Source of the DNA: Scyliorhinus canicula
Lineage: Eukaryota
Reading direction: 5' to 3'
NCBI RefSeq assembly: GCF_902713615.1
Contig: NC_052152.1
Coordinates: forward strand, 52,551,810-52,615,809
Length of the DNA stretch: 64,000 nucleotides
In this document: positions 39,849-51,019 of the stretch, piece after piece
Position numbering within the stretch: position 1 is the first letter of the stretch
Layout of the letters: each line of letters begins with the position of its first letter
Made by a program: the position numbers and the translations under genes
The notes under the pieces: generated by a model
What the model saw: only the letters and a program-made list of their open reading frames with translations
What the model was told of the DNA's origin: nothing
Databases searched by the model: none

Positions 39849-39927
39849 CCCAACAAAGTGCAATAATTCCACAGTGAAAGATCCAAACAAGTTTAAACAT
39901 GTTGAGGTGTTTGGAATTTCTCTTCAT
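39849..39927 (-). CDS. IGSF3: IGSF3-like gene, coding exon 1 (signal peptide MKRNSKHLNMFKLVWIFHCGIIALCW; alternative ATG at 39900)
   Basis: ATG, then a hydrophobic stretch ending in the consensus phase-1 donor TGG G|GTAAGT. It joins in frame to the exon starting at 36810 (G+AT = Asp, then LSVAQRQV). The 5' UTR boundary is not determined. Confidence 0.75.
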
Positions 39928-40099
39928 CCCACTCTCTCCAGTGACTGTAGTCTTACAGTAATATTTTTTGTTTTGAGGAACCTTCACCGGTCAACTAGTT
40001 TTACAGAACTTTGAAATGCTCAACAACAGGAAATTTTGATGATTTTATATATAGGAATTAAAGGGGTGGAATTTTCCATCACGTAGACTACAAGAGGAG

Positions 40100-40868
40100 T
40101 CTTGAATTTGGATTTGGACTTTTTGTCACATGTACCAAGTCACAGTGAAAAGTATTGTTCTGCGTACAGTCCACGCAGATCGTTCCATACATGGAAAACA
40201 TAGGACATACACATACGATAGACATAGAAGCATAAGGAGTGTGGTACTACTCAGTAGAGAAGATGCACGGTGAGATCAATTCGGCCCAAAAGAGGGCCTG
40301 GTAACAGTGGGGAAGAAGCTATTTTTGAATCTGTTAGTGCGTGTTCTCAGACTTCTGTATCTCCTGCTCGATGGAAGAAGTTGGAAGAGGTCTTTGATTA
40401 TGCTGCTCACTTTCCAAAGACTTTAAAAAAAAATTTTAGGGTATCCAATCATTTTTCCAATTAAGGGGCAATTTAGCACCTAACCAGCACATCTTTGGGT
40501 TGTGGGGATGAAACCCACGCAAATACGGGGAGAATGTGCAAACTCCACACGGACAGTGACCCAGAGCCAGGATCGAACATGGGACCTCGGCGCCGTGAGG
40601 CAACAATGCTAACCACTGCGCCACTATGCTGCCCCACTTTCCAAAGACAGCGGGAGATGTAGACAGAGTCAATGAATGGGAGGCGGGTTCGTGTGATGGA
40701 CTGGGCTGTGTTCACGACTCACTGTAGTTTCTTACGACCTTGGGCCGAGCAGTTGCCATACCAGGCTGTGATGTAGCCAGATAGGATGCTTTCTATGGTC
40801 CATCTGTAAAAATTGGCAAGAGTCAATGTGGGCATGCTAAATTTCCTTAGTTTCCTGAGGAAGTATAG
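40100..40868 (-). mobile_element. Rex1/Babar-like LINE 3' end with a SINE insertion (40423-40634)
   Basis: Homologous to 59830-60470; TAQSITRTRLP.IDSVY.SRCL motif. Confidence 0.72.
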
Positions 40869-41049
40869 AATTATAGAATTTATAGTGCAGAAAGAGGCAT
40901 TTGGCTCATCAAGTCTGCACCGACCCTTGGAAATGGCACCCTACTTAAGCTCTCCATCCTATACCCGTAACCCAGTAACTTCACCTACCTTTTGGACACT
41001 AAGGGGCATTTAAATGGCCAATCCACCTAACAATCCACCAGCACCTATT

Positions 41050-41392
41050 GGGCGGCATGGTGGCATAGTGGTTAGCTCTGCTGCCACAGCGCCAGAGACT
41101 CGAGATCAATTCCAGCCTTGGGTGACTGTCTGTGTGAAGGGTGTACATTCTCCCCGTGTCTACATGGGTTTCCTCTGGGTGGTCTGGTTTCCTCCCACAG
41201 TCCAAAGGTGTGCAGGTTAGGTGGATTGGCCATGCTAAATTACCCCTTAGTGTCCAAAAAGGTTAGGTGGGGTATTGGATTACGGGGATAGGGTGGGGCC
41301 ATGGTTTAGATAGGGTGCACTTTCAGAGGGTCAATGCAGACTCAATGGGCTGAATGTCCTCCTTCTGCAATGTAGTGACTCTATGATTCTAT
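41050..41392 (+). mobile_element. V-SINE with a CR1-type tail
   Basis: Same family. An oppositely oriented partial copy lies at ~40865-41030. Confidence 0.83.
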
Positions 41393-41866
41393 GTGGATGA
41401 GTGCAGGCAAGTGCTAGCAGCCTCATCTGGATTAGACGAGAGCCCAGCCTTGCATTAACGCCATGACTGTACTTGTTGAGGTGTGTAAAGCCTTTTAGCT
41501 GTGATATGTAAGTGTCTTCATGGAATTTGGCATATGCAATTTGGCTATTTCCCCTTCACAGATCGATCCATCTGAGCTTTGCGCTTTCCTATGAGAGGGT
41601 CAAATGACCATCGGAACCCAATCAAAATATGGCCCCAAGGCGGAATGGATTCTCACAAGGATGTGCACCATGTGGTAAGGTGCTCAAACCCTTTAATTGG
41701 CATTTGAGTGTTCCTAATATGTTTCAGTTGAGTGTGGAAATTAGTAAGATGCCCCATCAATTGGCCCAAAAGTGCAGTCGCCGAGTCCTCCTACAGGCCC
41801 ATGGACCCCCTCCACTCGTGATTTGTTTTAATTTTCAAGTCATGCTAGCAGAATGGCAGAGATAAG

Positions 41867-42578
41867 GGGCGGGATTCTCCCAAACCCCCCCGATGGCCCA
41901 ACGGCGGCGTAAAAAATGGCGCCAACCACTTCGGCGCGGGCCGACCGGAAGTTGCGGAATCCTCTGCACTTCCAGGGGCTAGGCTGGCGGCGGAGGGGTT
42001 GGCGCCGTGCCAGTCAGCGGCAAAGGGCCGGCGCGGGTCACCGCATGCGCAGAACCGCCGGCGTGGTTCCACGCATTGGCTGTCTGGCCAGAATATTCTA
42101 GTGCATGCGCAGGGGGGTGTCTTCTCCGTGCCGGCCATGGCGGAGCCCTACAGAGGCCGGCTCGGAAGGAAAAAATTCCCCCACGGCGCAGGCCCGCCCA
42201 CAGATGGGTGGGCCCCAATCGCGGGTCAGGCCACCCCCACTTCACCCCCCCCCCCCCTCCCCCGGGCCGGATCCCCCCCGTGCCCCCCTGAGGACCACAC
42301 CAGCCGGCCTACAAGCCAGGTCCCGCCGTGTGGGACCATGTCCAATTCACGCCGGTGGGACTGGCCCTAAACCGGCGGCCTCTTGGCCCATCGGGGCCCG
42401 GAGAATTGCTGGGGGGGGAGGGGGGGTGGGTGCTGCCAACGGCCCCCGACTGACGTGGTGTGATCCCTGCTCCGTCCGAAAATGGGCGCCGGAGAATACG
42501 ACATTGGAGCGGCAGGGCGGGATTCACACCGCCTCCCGGGGATTCTCCGACCAGGCAGGGGGTCGGAGAATCCCACCC
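41867..42578. mobile_element. Harbinger-type MITE, 712 bp
   Basis: TIRs GGGCGGGATTCTCC / GGAGAATCCCACCC and a 3-bp TSD AAG on both sides; GC- and CpG-rich. Confidence 0.85.
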
Positions 42579-43467
42579 AAGATTTTATTATGAGGCCAGC
42601 TTCCAACCCCTGAGATCGTCAAATTCCCTCCCATCATTCTAATGGTCTAATCTGTGCCGAAAGTCAGACTGAATCATCAACTCTTTCCATCTCTCAAGCT
42701 GAGGTAATAAGGAGAGAGGGAAAGCATCTGTCTGGCTAATTAAACCATGTTGTCAAGAGGATTGTCAGCGACCTTATTCATCAGTGAAGCTATTACTCAG
42801 ATGCTTCCAATTTTCACTTCTGTAGAACTTTGAATACCCAGATAAGTATGATATAAATATCACATTAATATTCTATAAAACCTCTGAATTGCCATACTAA
42901 TCTAATCATTTGTTGTTAATATTCTATAAAACATCTGAACATAAATGTCTGAGCATCAGTTATAAATATTCAATCACATGCATTATTGGTATAAGTTGTA
43001 ATAATAACTCTGCTCATCAAATATTAGTGTTCATAGTTTCCTACACTACAATGTCATTTCATTCACCAGAATGCCCTTGGGAACACCCCGAGGTTGAAAA
43101 AGTTCTATGTCAATTTAAGTTCTTTCTTTCTCCTATATCTGGATGACGGAGGATATTTTTAAAAGGTGCTATGTCTTTTCGTCCGACGACATTTCGTCCA
43201 ACGACACTTCGTCCACGTCATTTCGTCCAACGTCTTTTTGTCCGCCCGTCTTTTGGTCCAACGTCATTTTGTCCGGTGATTTTTTTCGTCAAAGATTTTT
43301 TGTGACTTTTTACGTGTTTTTGCTGGATGATTTTTTTTGTCAAAGACTTTTTGTAACTTGACTTTTAGTAACTTGCTTAGTAGCACCACTCCACTTTAAC
43401 TTTTGTACATGGAAATCTTCTCTAATGCACATAATATACAATAAAGGATCTTTATTACCGGCCTCTT

Positions 43468-43535
43468 TCCTTTAACGAGCCTCGTTAAAGGATAGTTATT
43501 ATCGTTCTCTCCCCTTTAACGAGCCTCGTTAAAGG
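43468..43535. promoter_or_regulatory. Two copies of a 23-bp palindrome (CCTTTAACGAG-C-CTCGTTAAAGG) upstream of the MULE ATG
   Basis: Copies at 43469-43491 and 43513-43535, 44 bp apart. A regulatory role is inferred only. Confidence 0.5.
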
Positions 43536-43583
43536 ATAGATATTATCTGTCTCTTTCCTAATCCCGAATTCGCCCATCCCGAA

Positions 43584-44999
43584 ATGGCAAAGTTCATTGT
43601 GTCAACGAAGAGTAAGCGGAAGGTGGCTGATGGAAATAACTATATCTATGATTTTCATTCGAGCAGTGCAAACCTAGGAAAAGAATACTGGAGATGTGAG
43701 AAAAGAAGGCTATGTTCAGTGCGGATTCACACGGTCACGGAAAACAATGAGCCTAAAATTATTTATTTCTCTAATGAGCACCTTCATCCAGCTGATGTCG
43801 ATTCGTTAAATGCTAGAAAAGCAGTTGCAGAAATAAAGCATGAAGCGGTGGAAAACATAGCAGCAAGTTCGCGTAGCATACTAGCGGCCAAGTTTACGCA
43901 GCTATCAGAAAATACCTGCTCTCAACTCCCAAGGCTGCCCGTCGTCTCAAGGACTATTCAAAGGTGCCGACAAAAAAATTCTGGATTTCCCGCTAATCCA
44001 GCGGCTAGACACGGTTTTGAAATACCTGACAAATATTGCAAGCTTGACAATGGCGAGCAGTTTCTGAGGTTCGATTCGGGCGTCGAGGATCAACAGTGCT
44101 TACTAGTATTCGCATCAGAAAGTGCTCTTCAGGATTTAGCATCATATCGTCATTGGGCATGTGATGGAACATTCAAGATTGTGCCACAACAGTGGTTTCA
44201 ACTGTTCTGCATTCATGTACAAGTTAAAGGTAGCAGTCTACCACGGGTCTTTGCATTACTGCCGAATAAAAGGAAGCAGACATACGAATTATTCTTTGAC
44301 CAATTGAAAATTATGCAACCTGATGCAGATCCGATTGATATCATGGCAGATTTCGAAGCTGCAGTTCACAAGGCAATTAATTCATCATTCCTTAATGCAT
44401 CTGTCGTGGCATGTTTGTTTCATTTGAGCCAATCTGTGTTTCGAAAAATTACCGATTTAGGTCTCAAAGAAAAATACAACACAGACTCTGAATTCTGTCT
44501 TAAAATTCGATGTTTTTCAGCATTAGCTTTCCTCCCAGTTGAAGATGTCGAAGAGGCTTATGAAGATTTGATAGACGATGAAGAAATACCTGCTGAATTC
44601 ATCGTTTACTTCGACTTGACTTACATAGGCATTGTGAGAGGACGTGGTGCCAGACGAAGGAGAGAAACACCTATGTTCCCGACAGCTGTATGGAATGTTA
44701 ATCAGCGTGTTCTACAAGATCTACCGAGAACAAATAATGCTGCTGAGGGGTTTCATTCTGCGATAAAGCGTTCGGCGGGTGGAGCTCATTTGAATATCTG
44801 GAGGTTAATCAAAATTCTGAAGGAAGAGGAAGGGTTAATAATAGGTAAAAAGGCTCAAATTCTTCGGGGGGATCAGGCGACTTCATGTACGCGATATAAG
44901 AAAATAACTGAACGCCTCAAAAGATTGGTCATTGAATATGATCCCACAGCGAAAATTGATTTCTTGAGGAATGTTGCTCACAATTTACATCAATTTTAA
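43584..44999 (+). CDS. FLYWCH-MULE DDE transposase, 471 aa
   Basis: N-terminal FLYWCH-like Zn finger (YWRCEKRRLCSVRIH...HLH) and MULE core motifs DGTF, MADFE, CLFH and RTNNAAEGFH. No stops or frameshifts. Confidence 0.92.
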   Translation: MAKFIVSTKSKRKVADGNNYIYDFHSSSANLGKEYWRCEKRRLCSVRIHTVTENNEPKIIYFSNEHLHPADVDSLNARKAVAEIKHEAVENIAASSRSILAAKFTQLSENTCSQLPRLPVVSRTIQRCRQKNSGFPANPAARHGFEIPDKYCKLDNGEQFLRFDSGVEDQQCLLVFASESALQDLASYRHWACDGTFKIVPQQWFQLFCIHVQVKGSSLPRVFALLPNKRKQTYELFFDQLKIMQPDADPIDIMADFEAAVHKAINSSFLNASVVACLFHLSQSVFRKITDLGLKEKYNTDSEFCLKIRCFSALAFLPVEDVEEAYEDLIDDEEIPAEFIVYFDLTYIGIVRGRGARRRRETPMFPTAVWNVNQRVLQDLPRTNNAAEGFHSAIKRSAGGAHLNIWRLIKILKEEEGLIIGKKAQILRGDQATSCTRYKKITERLKRLVIEYDPTAKIDFLRNVAHNLHQF

Positions 45000-45342
45000 G
45001 TAATTTCGGGAATTCATCAGTAGTAAACTTTTAGATCTTTTTAACTGCATTTTTAGATTTTTTAACTTTTTAACTGCATTTTTAAGCTTGCATTTTACTT
45101 GAATTTCATCAATTACTTGCATTTTAGCAATTAAATTCACTTGCTGTATTGTGCCTGCTTTCTATCAATTAAATGCTTTTATACGGAGTTGATTTGCAAT
45201 TGGTTAATTGGACGAAGTGACATTGGACCAAAAGACGGGCGGACAAAAAGACGTTGGACGAAAAGACGTGGACAAAGTGTCGTTGGACGAAATGACGTCG
45301 GACGAAAAGACGCGACACGTTTTTAAAAACAGACAGAACCAT

Positions 45343-45522
45343 GGGCGAAATTCTCCGACCCCCACGACGGGTGGGAGAATAGCGGGAGGGCCTTCCCGAC
45401 ATTTTTGCCGCTCTCCCGCTATTCCCCCCCCCCCCCCCCCGCCGAAGTCCCGACCCGAATCGCTGCCGCCGTTTATTTACGGCCGGCAGCGATTCTCAGC
45501 TGTTAGATGGGCCGAAGTCCCA
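45343..45522 (+). mobile_element. Left end of a Harbinger-type MITE fused to the inverted duplication
   Basis: GGGCGAAATTCTCC TIR 23 bp from the right end of the MULE; truncated at 45522. Confidence 0.65.
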
Positions 45523-47970
45523 GCCCTGTTGGTGCCTGGCACTGTGGGCCCTCTGGCCCTGGTGCCCGTCCCTGCTGCCAGGAATCCATTCGCTGCCATT
45601 GCCCATGCCACGGGACGCTCCACAGCCCCTGTCCGGCACCCTCCTGTAGGGGCAACTGCGAGCGTTGCCCTTGAATGGGCTGCATGATGCCCCACCATTG
45701 GATGGCAGCCGGTTGGAGGGGTGGTATTGCAGAGTGTGCAGTGCAGGGGTGGTGGGTGGAGTGTGGAGGCCGCGGGTTGGGAGAACCCATACGGCCAGTG
45801 TCACTCTGCAGAACCAAGGGTCACGGAGGCTGGTCAGTGGGATACGCAACAAGATGGCTGCCTTGCCCGCCACAGAAATTTTGGTATGTGCCTGGACACC
45901 ACCCCAGTTCCTTGGGAGGTCACCCCGGCAACATGGCCTGCTCACCCATAACCTCCCACCACACCCTATGGCCCTGGCAGGGCCCCCCCAGCAGCCCGGC
46001 CAGTGTCAGGCCTAGCAGCCCACGGTAACGCCTCTCCGTGTCTTACCTCCTCTCTCTCCCTCATCAGCCATGCGCCTGTTTCCTGATTTTTAAAAGCACA
46101 GGTGAACCTCGCCATCGGGAATTACCCCCAGTGGAGGCAGAGAATCGCGGATGCCCCGGAGAGGAACGGGTCAGGCTCGCCAAAGATATGCAAATGCCGT
46201 TTATTGTACATGCGTTCCGGAGCGCATTGACGCTGCTGCCGAGGCACCAGAGAATTGCAATTTGCCGTGAAAAAATAGTGAAATCCTTCTCTAATACCTT
46301 CCTCTTCCTCTTCTTGATCACAGCTGTGTATAAGATTTATTTTGAACAATGTCAAGTCTCGGATGAAATGTAGTAACAAGCCTTGGATTGCTCCATGTCT
46401 GGGTTCCATTACGACAGTTTGCAAATTGGCTGTCTGTGATTTGTCAGATGGAAGCACCAGTTTATGGGGGGCTGGGGTGAGGGGCTGGCGGGTGGTGTTT
46501 TGTCGGAAGGATGGGGCAGATTGAAGGTCAAATTACACAAACTAAACTCCCTGCCCAGCACACCCGATCAGCACTCACTGACAACATCTATTTGGCTATT
46601 TTAACACCCGGATCCTATTTATATCCCACTGTCTGCCCAAAATAGCTGACAGGCAAAGTTCAGGAGGTCCAAAGACTGTATTCTTCCATTTGAATGAGTT
46701 GTTAAATTTAGGTGCCAGTGACGGTTCAGGTGGAAGCATTCTTGTCTCTGAATTAAATGGTTGTGTGTTCAAGTTCCATTCCAGAACTTGAGCCCACAGA
46801 TGAACGCTAGCATTCTAGTATTGAGGGGGTGCAGCACTGTTGGACGTGCTGTCCTTTCAGATTAAACTTTAAACTCTCTGCCCCCTTGGGTCCCATGGTA
46901 CTGATTCAGCAAAGTACAAGGGTGTTATCCCCAGAGCCCAGCCAATATTTATGCCTCAATCACACAGGAAAAGATCATTAAAAAGGTCATGGCCACATTG
47001 CTGTTTGGAGGAGTTTTCTGTGCGCAAATAGATCACTGCGTTTCCTACTTTAGAACAGTGGCTACTCTTCACAAAATTACTTTGTTACCTGTGAAGCAGC
47101 TTGAGATATCCAGTAATGATGAAAGACACAGGGCGGGATTCTCCATCGGCCGATGCCGGATTCGGGAAACGCGATTGGGCAGAGAATCGGTTTTGATGCT
47201 GAAATCGTGGCAGGCGCCAAGTTCACGGCAAATTGCAATTCTCTGGTGCCTCGGCAGCAGCGTCAATGCGCTCCGGAACGCATGTACAATAAACGGCATT
47301 TGCATATCTTTGGCGAGCCTGACCCGTTCCTCTCCGGGGCATCCGCGATTCTCTGCCTCCACTGGGGGTAATTCCCGATGGCGAGGTTCACCTGTGCTTT
47401 TAAAAATCAGGAAACAGGCGCATGGCTGATGAGGGAGAGAGAGGAGGTAAGACACGGAGAGGCGTTACCGTGGGCTGCTAGGCCTGACACTGGCCGGGCT
47501 GCTGGGGGGGCCCTGCCAGGGCCATAGGGTGTGGTGGGAGGTTATGGGTGAGCAGGCCATGTTGCCGGGGTGACCTCCCAAGGAACTGGGGTGGTGTCCA
47601 GGCACATACCAAAATTTCTGTGGCGGGCAAGGCAGCCATCTTGTTGCGTATCCCACTGACCAGCCTCCGTGACCCTTGGTTCTGCAGAGTGACACTGGCC
47701 GTATGGGTTCTCCCAACCCGCGGCCTCCACACTCCACCCACCACCCCTGCACTGCACACTCTGCAATACCACCCCTCCAACCGGCTGCCATCCAATGGTG
47801 GGGCATCATGCAGCCCATTCAAGGGCAACGCTCGCAGTTGCCCCTACAGGGGGGTGCCGGACAGGGGCTGTGGAGCGTCCCGTGGCATGGGCAATGGCAG
47901 CGAATGGATTCCTGGCAGCAGGGACGGGCACCAGGGCCAGAGGGCCCACAGTGCCAGGCACCAACAGGGC
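45523..47970. repeat. 749-bp near-perfect inverted duplication (45523-46271 / 47222-47970) with a 950-bp spacer
   Basis: The arms are reverse complements, identical ORF translations appear on opposite strands, and I spotted only one mismatch by eye (near 45642). Confidence 0.93.
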
Positions 47971-50827
47971 CAGGGGTGTGGGGATGGGGAGGAGGGAGAG
48001 GGAGCACATGCGGGGCAGGGTCCGCAGTGCCAACCGGGGACACCGTATAGCCCGTTGGACCTGGTTGGGCACGGGGGTACGCACCATGCTAACATGTCGG
48101 CCTTTCACCCTCCTGAAAACAACGTATCTTGGAATACAGCCAACAATGCTGGCCTTCCTCCTAGTCACCGCAGCCCTGGGGGATGCACTGAGGCTGTACG
48201 AGCTCAAGCTGCTCGAGAAGGATGCGACAGCAGCGGAACCTGCCCTAGAGAAACAGGAGGGAGCTGCTGAGGATGGAGAGCAGGCCATACAACGGGCTGG
48301 TGAGGAGGAGGTGCAAAGGAGGCCTCATGTGTAGGGGCAGCGCCTGTATTTCCAGGACCTGCCAGACCGGGCATGCCATCGAAGACTCCAACTGAGCAGG
48401 GGACAGTGCAAATATCTGCCAGGTCATGGCGCACCTGGCACTGTGGGGAAAATAGGGGATGACACCTGCTCTCAGTGGCCATCAATGGTCAGCCTGAACC
48501 TCTACACAACAGAGTTCTTCCAGGCGCCAAGTGGAGACCTGTCCAGAATCTCAGAGACCTCGGTGCACAGGTGCATCCGCGCCATCACTGAGGTCCGATA
48601 TGCCCAGTCGGCACAGTCCATCAAATTCAATGTGGACCAAGGCCACCAGGATGCCCAGGCAGCAGGTTTCGCCGCCATTGCCAAGATGCCCAGGTTCTAC
48701 GTCACCTGCAGATGACAGGCCGGTCTTCACAAACAGAAAGGGGTTCTACTCGATGAACATGCAGCTGGTATGTGACCATTAGCTGTGCATCATGCACGTT
48801 TGCGCCCGATATCCGGTCATTTTGCACAGCACCTTTGTTATGGCTCACTTGCCGGTTCCTAGCGCCCCCCCCCCCCCCCCCCCCCCACCACCCCGGCTGG
48901 GTGTATCCCTCCCGGATGACAAGGGTTATCCACTGTGGTGGTGGCTGATGATGCATATCCGGAGGACACAGACTGACATGGTGACCTGCTACAACGGCGC
49001 CAATGCACAACCAGCGGCATGAGCGCCGGCTGAACCGCAATCCCCGGGCCAATCCCACCCACAACGTACACCCATTCCACCCACCCACCCCCACACCCCT
49101 CCTGCGACCAATCCAGACCAGCCCACACCTCACACCCATCTGACAGATCACTGAGGTAGGTTGCAACATTGTGCACAGGTGTTTAATGTGAACAAATATA
49201 TACAGATACGTGCCCTAGCCCCTAACACTATACTGTGCCTTGCACCCATGCCAACCTAGCTGGTGTCTACTTTTCTGGCTTTACGTGCCCTAATGCTACA
49301 TCTAGGTCGAACTCCAGATGGCACATCAAGAGGTGACCTTCTGTGATTCCCGACCTATGACCTGGGTCCCCGTTGGCAGCCATCTTCTGGGGCGACCGGG
49401 CCTGAATGGGCCCGGCTGCTGCTCGGGTGTCCTAGGTGGCATGGTACTGCCCTGTTCTGCCCACTGCAAACCAGATGCGGGGATGGGGGATGGAGGGGAA
49501 TCCGAGGTGCTGTGGTGTTCTGGCACCTCCCCTGCGGGAGTCACTGGCACGGGCCCCATCACCTCCTCCTCCCTCGGGTTGCCCAATGGCCCCCGGGTTA
49601 CTCTCTAGGATGGGGCTGGGAGCAGACCTATGCCCTGAGGCTTCTTCAGCACCTGGCTCTGCCTCGTCCCGACCAGGGTCTGTATGTTCACAGCCATGGA
49701 GCACAGGGAGTGGACCACCTCCGACTGTACCACCACATTCTGCGTCTGCGCCACATCAGCCAGTGACTATGCCATCTCCCTGTGAGACTGGGACACTTCC
49801 CTCTGTGTCTTTGCCACTTTGGCAATCACCTTGGCAATGCCGCTGGCGTTCTCAGCCGTGGCCCACTGTGACTGGGCCATGCTTAGGAGTGCCGCTGCAA
49901 TGCCCTGGTGTTTCTGGGTCATGGCTACCTGTAACAAGGAAGACTTGCCCTGGGTCTCGGCCACTGCCTGCACAAAGTGCCCCAGATCCTGGACATGTTG
50001 ATCCATGGCCGAAGCCTTCATCCTCAATGCCTCCACTGAGGATGCCCAGTTTTGGCCTGTGGCATGCATGGTCAGCACCATCTCCTCCTGCTGTACGTGG
50101 TAGGACTCCTCCAACTGCACCTGCAGATGCTGATACTCGCTGACAACCCCTCATGTAGTCCCTGGCTCTGTGACTGCATCTCCACAATCGATGGGACTGT
50201 CCATTCCAGAAGCCCGAATCCCGTTTGGACGGCAGCTATTCCCTGGTTCAGCCCGCCCTCAGACCGTCCGTCACCTCAGGAGTTCCTACCTCAACCCGCT
50301 GTACCAGAGCATGTGTGTGGTGGTGCGCCCCAGGTAGTGTCCCAGGAGCCTCTTCACTAAAGTGCCCAACCGAGGTGAGTGTCCCTGGGATGGTGGAGGG
50401 TGATGCAGACCGCTGTGACGGGAAGTCAGCACCATCCTTGGACTCGCGCTCCGGGTGTCTCGGGATGCCATTGAAGGCTCACGTCCATGTGGGTGCCATC
50501 ACTGCTGCTGGTCGACACCTGGGGTTCTGGTTGTGGTTGAGGTTGGGGGCGAGGGACACCAGAAGGGCCCACCCCATTATCAGCAGCTCCTGCAAGACAC
50601 AAGGCAGGTGCATGATTCCATTGTGGGCCAGAAAAAACAACAGCCGCACCAATGTAGCTACTTTGAATGGGCTAGCACCGTCGCCACATGGAACGTAATC
50701 AAATTCATGGAAAATGTTGCCAGTATCGCCGGGTCCATGATTGGTGCAGCCGCACTTAAATGATCCATCCCCCAGCGCCGGCCCTAGGGTTGCTGGCGCC
50801 CCGGGAAAGCTGAACTTCGGCGCCCTT

Positions 50828-51019
50828 GGGGGGGGGGGGGGGGGGGGGGGGGGGGCGGCGGCGGGGGGGGGGGGGGGGGCGGCGGGGGGGGGGGGGCGGC
50901 GGTGGGGGGGGCGGGGGGGGGGGGGCGGCGGCGGGGGGGGGGGGGGGGCGGCGGGGGGGGGGGCGGCGGTGGGGGGGGCGGGGGGGGGCGGCGGCGGGGG
51001 GGGCGGGGGGCGGCGGGGG
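50828..51019 (+). repeat. ~190-bp almost pure G/GGC low-complexity tract
   Basis: Directly visible; G runs interspersed with single C residues. Confidence 0.9.

Larger units (their letters stand above)
43165..45319 (+). mobile_element. Apparently intact Mutator-like (MULE, Phantom-like) DNA transposon, 2155 bp
   Basis: ~108-bp imperfect TIRs built from 14-15-bp tandem units (ACGTCTTTTCGTCCA-like); 9-bp TSD TTTTTAAAA at 43156-43164 and 45320-45328; one uninterrupted transposase ORF. Confidence 0.93.

Noticed and set aside
45496-48050. Pairs of identical ORFs on opposite strands suggesting duplicated genes
   Set aside because: They result from the 749-bp inverted duplication of non-coding Harbinger subterminal DNA.
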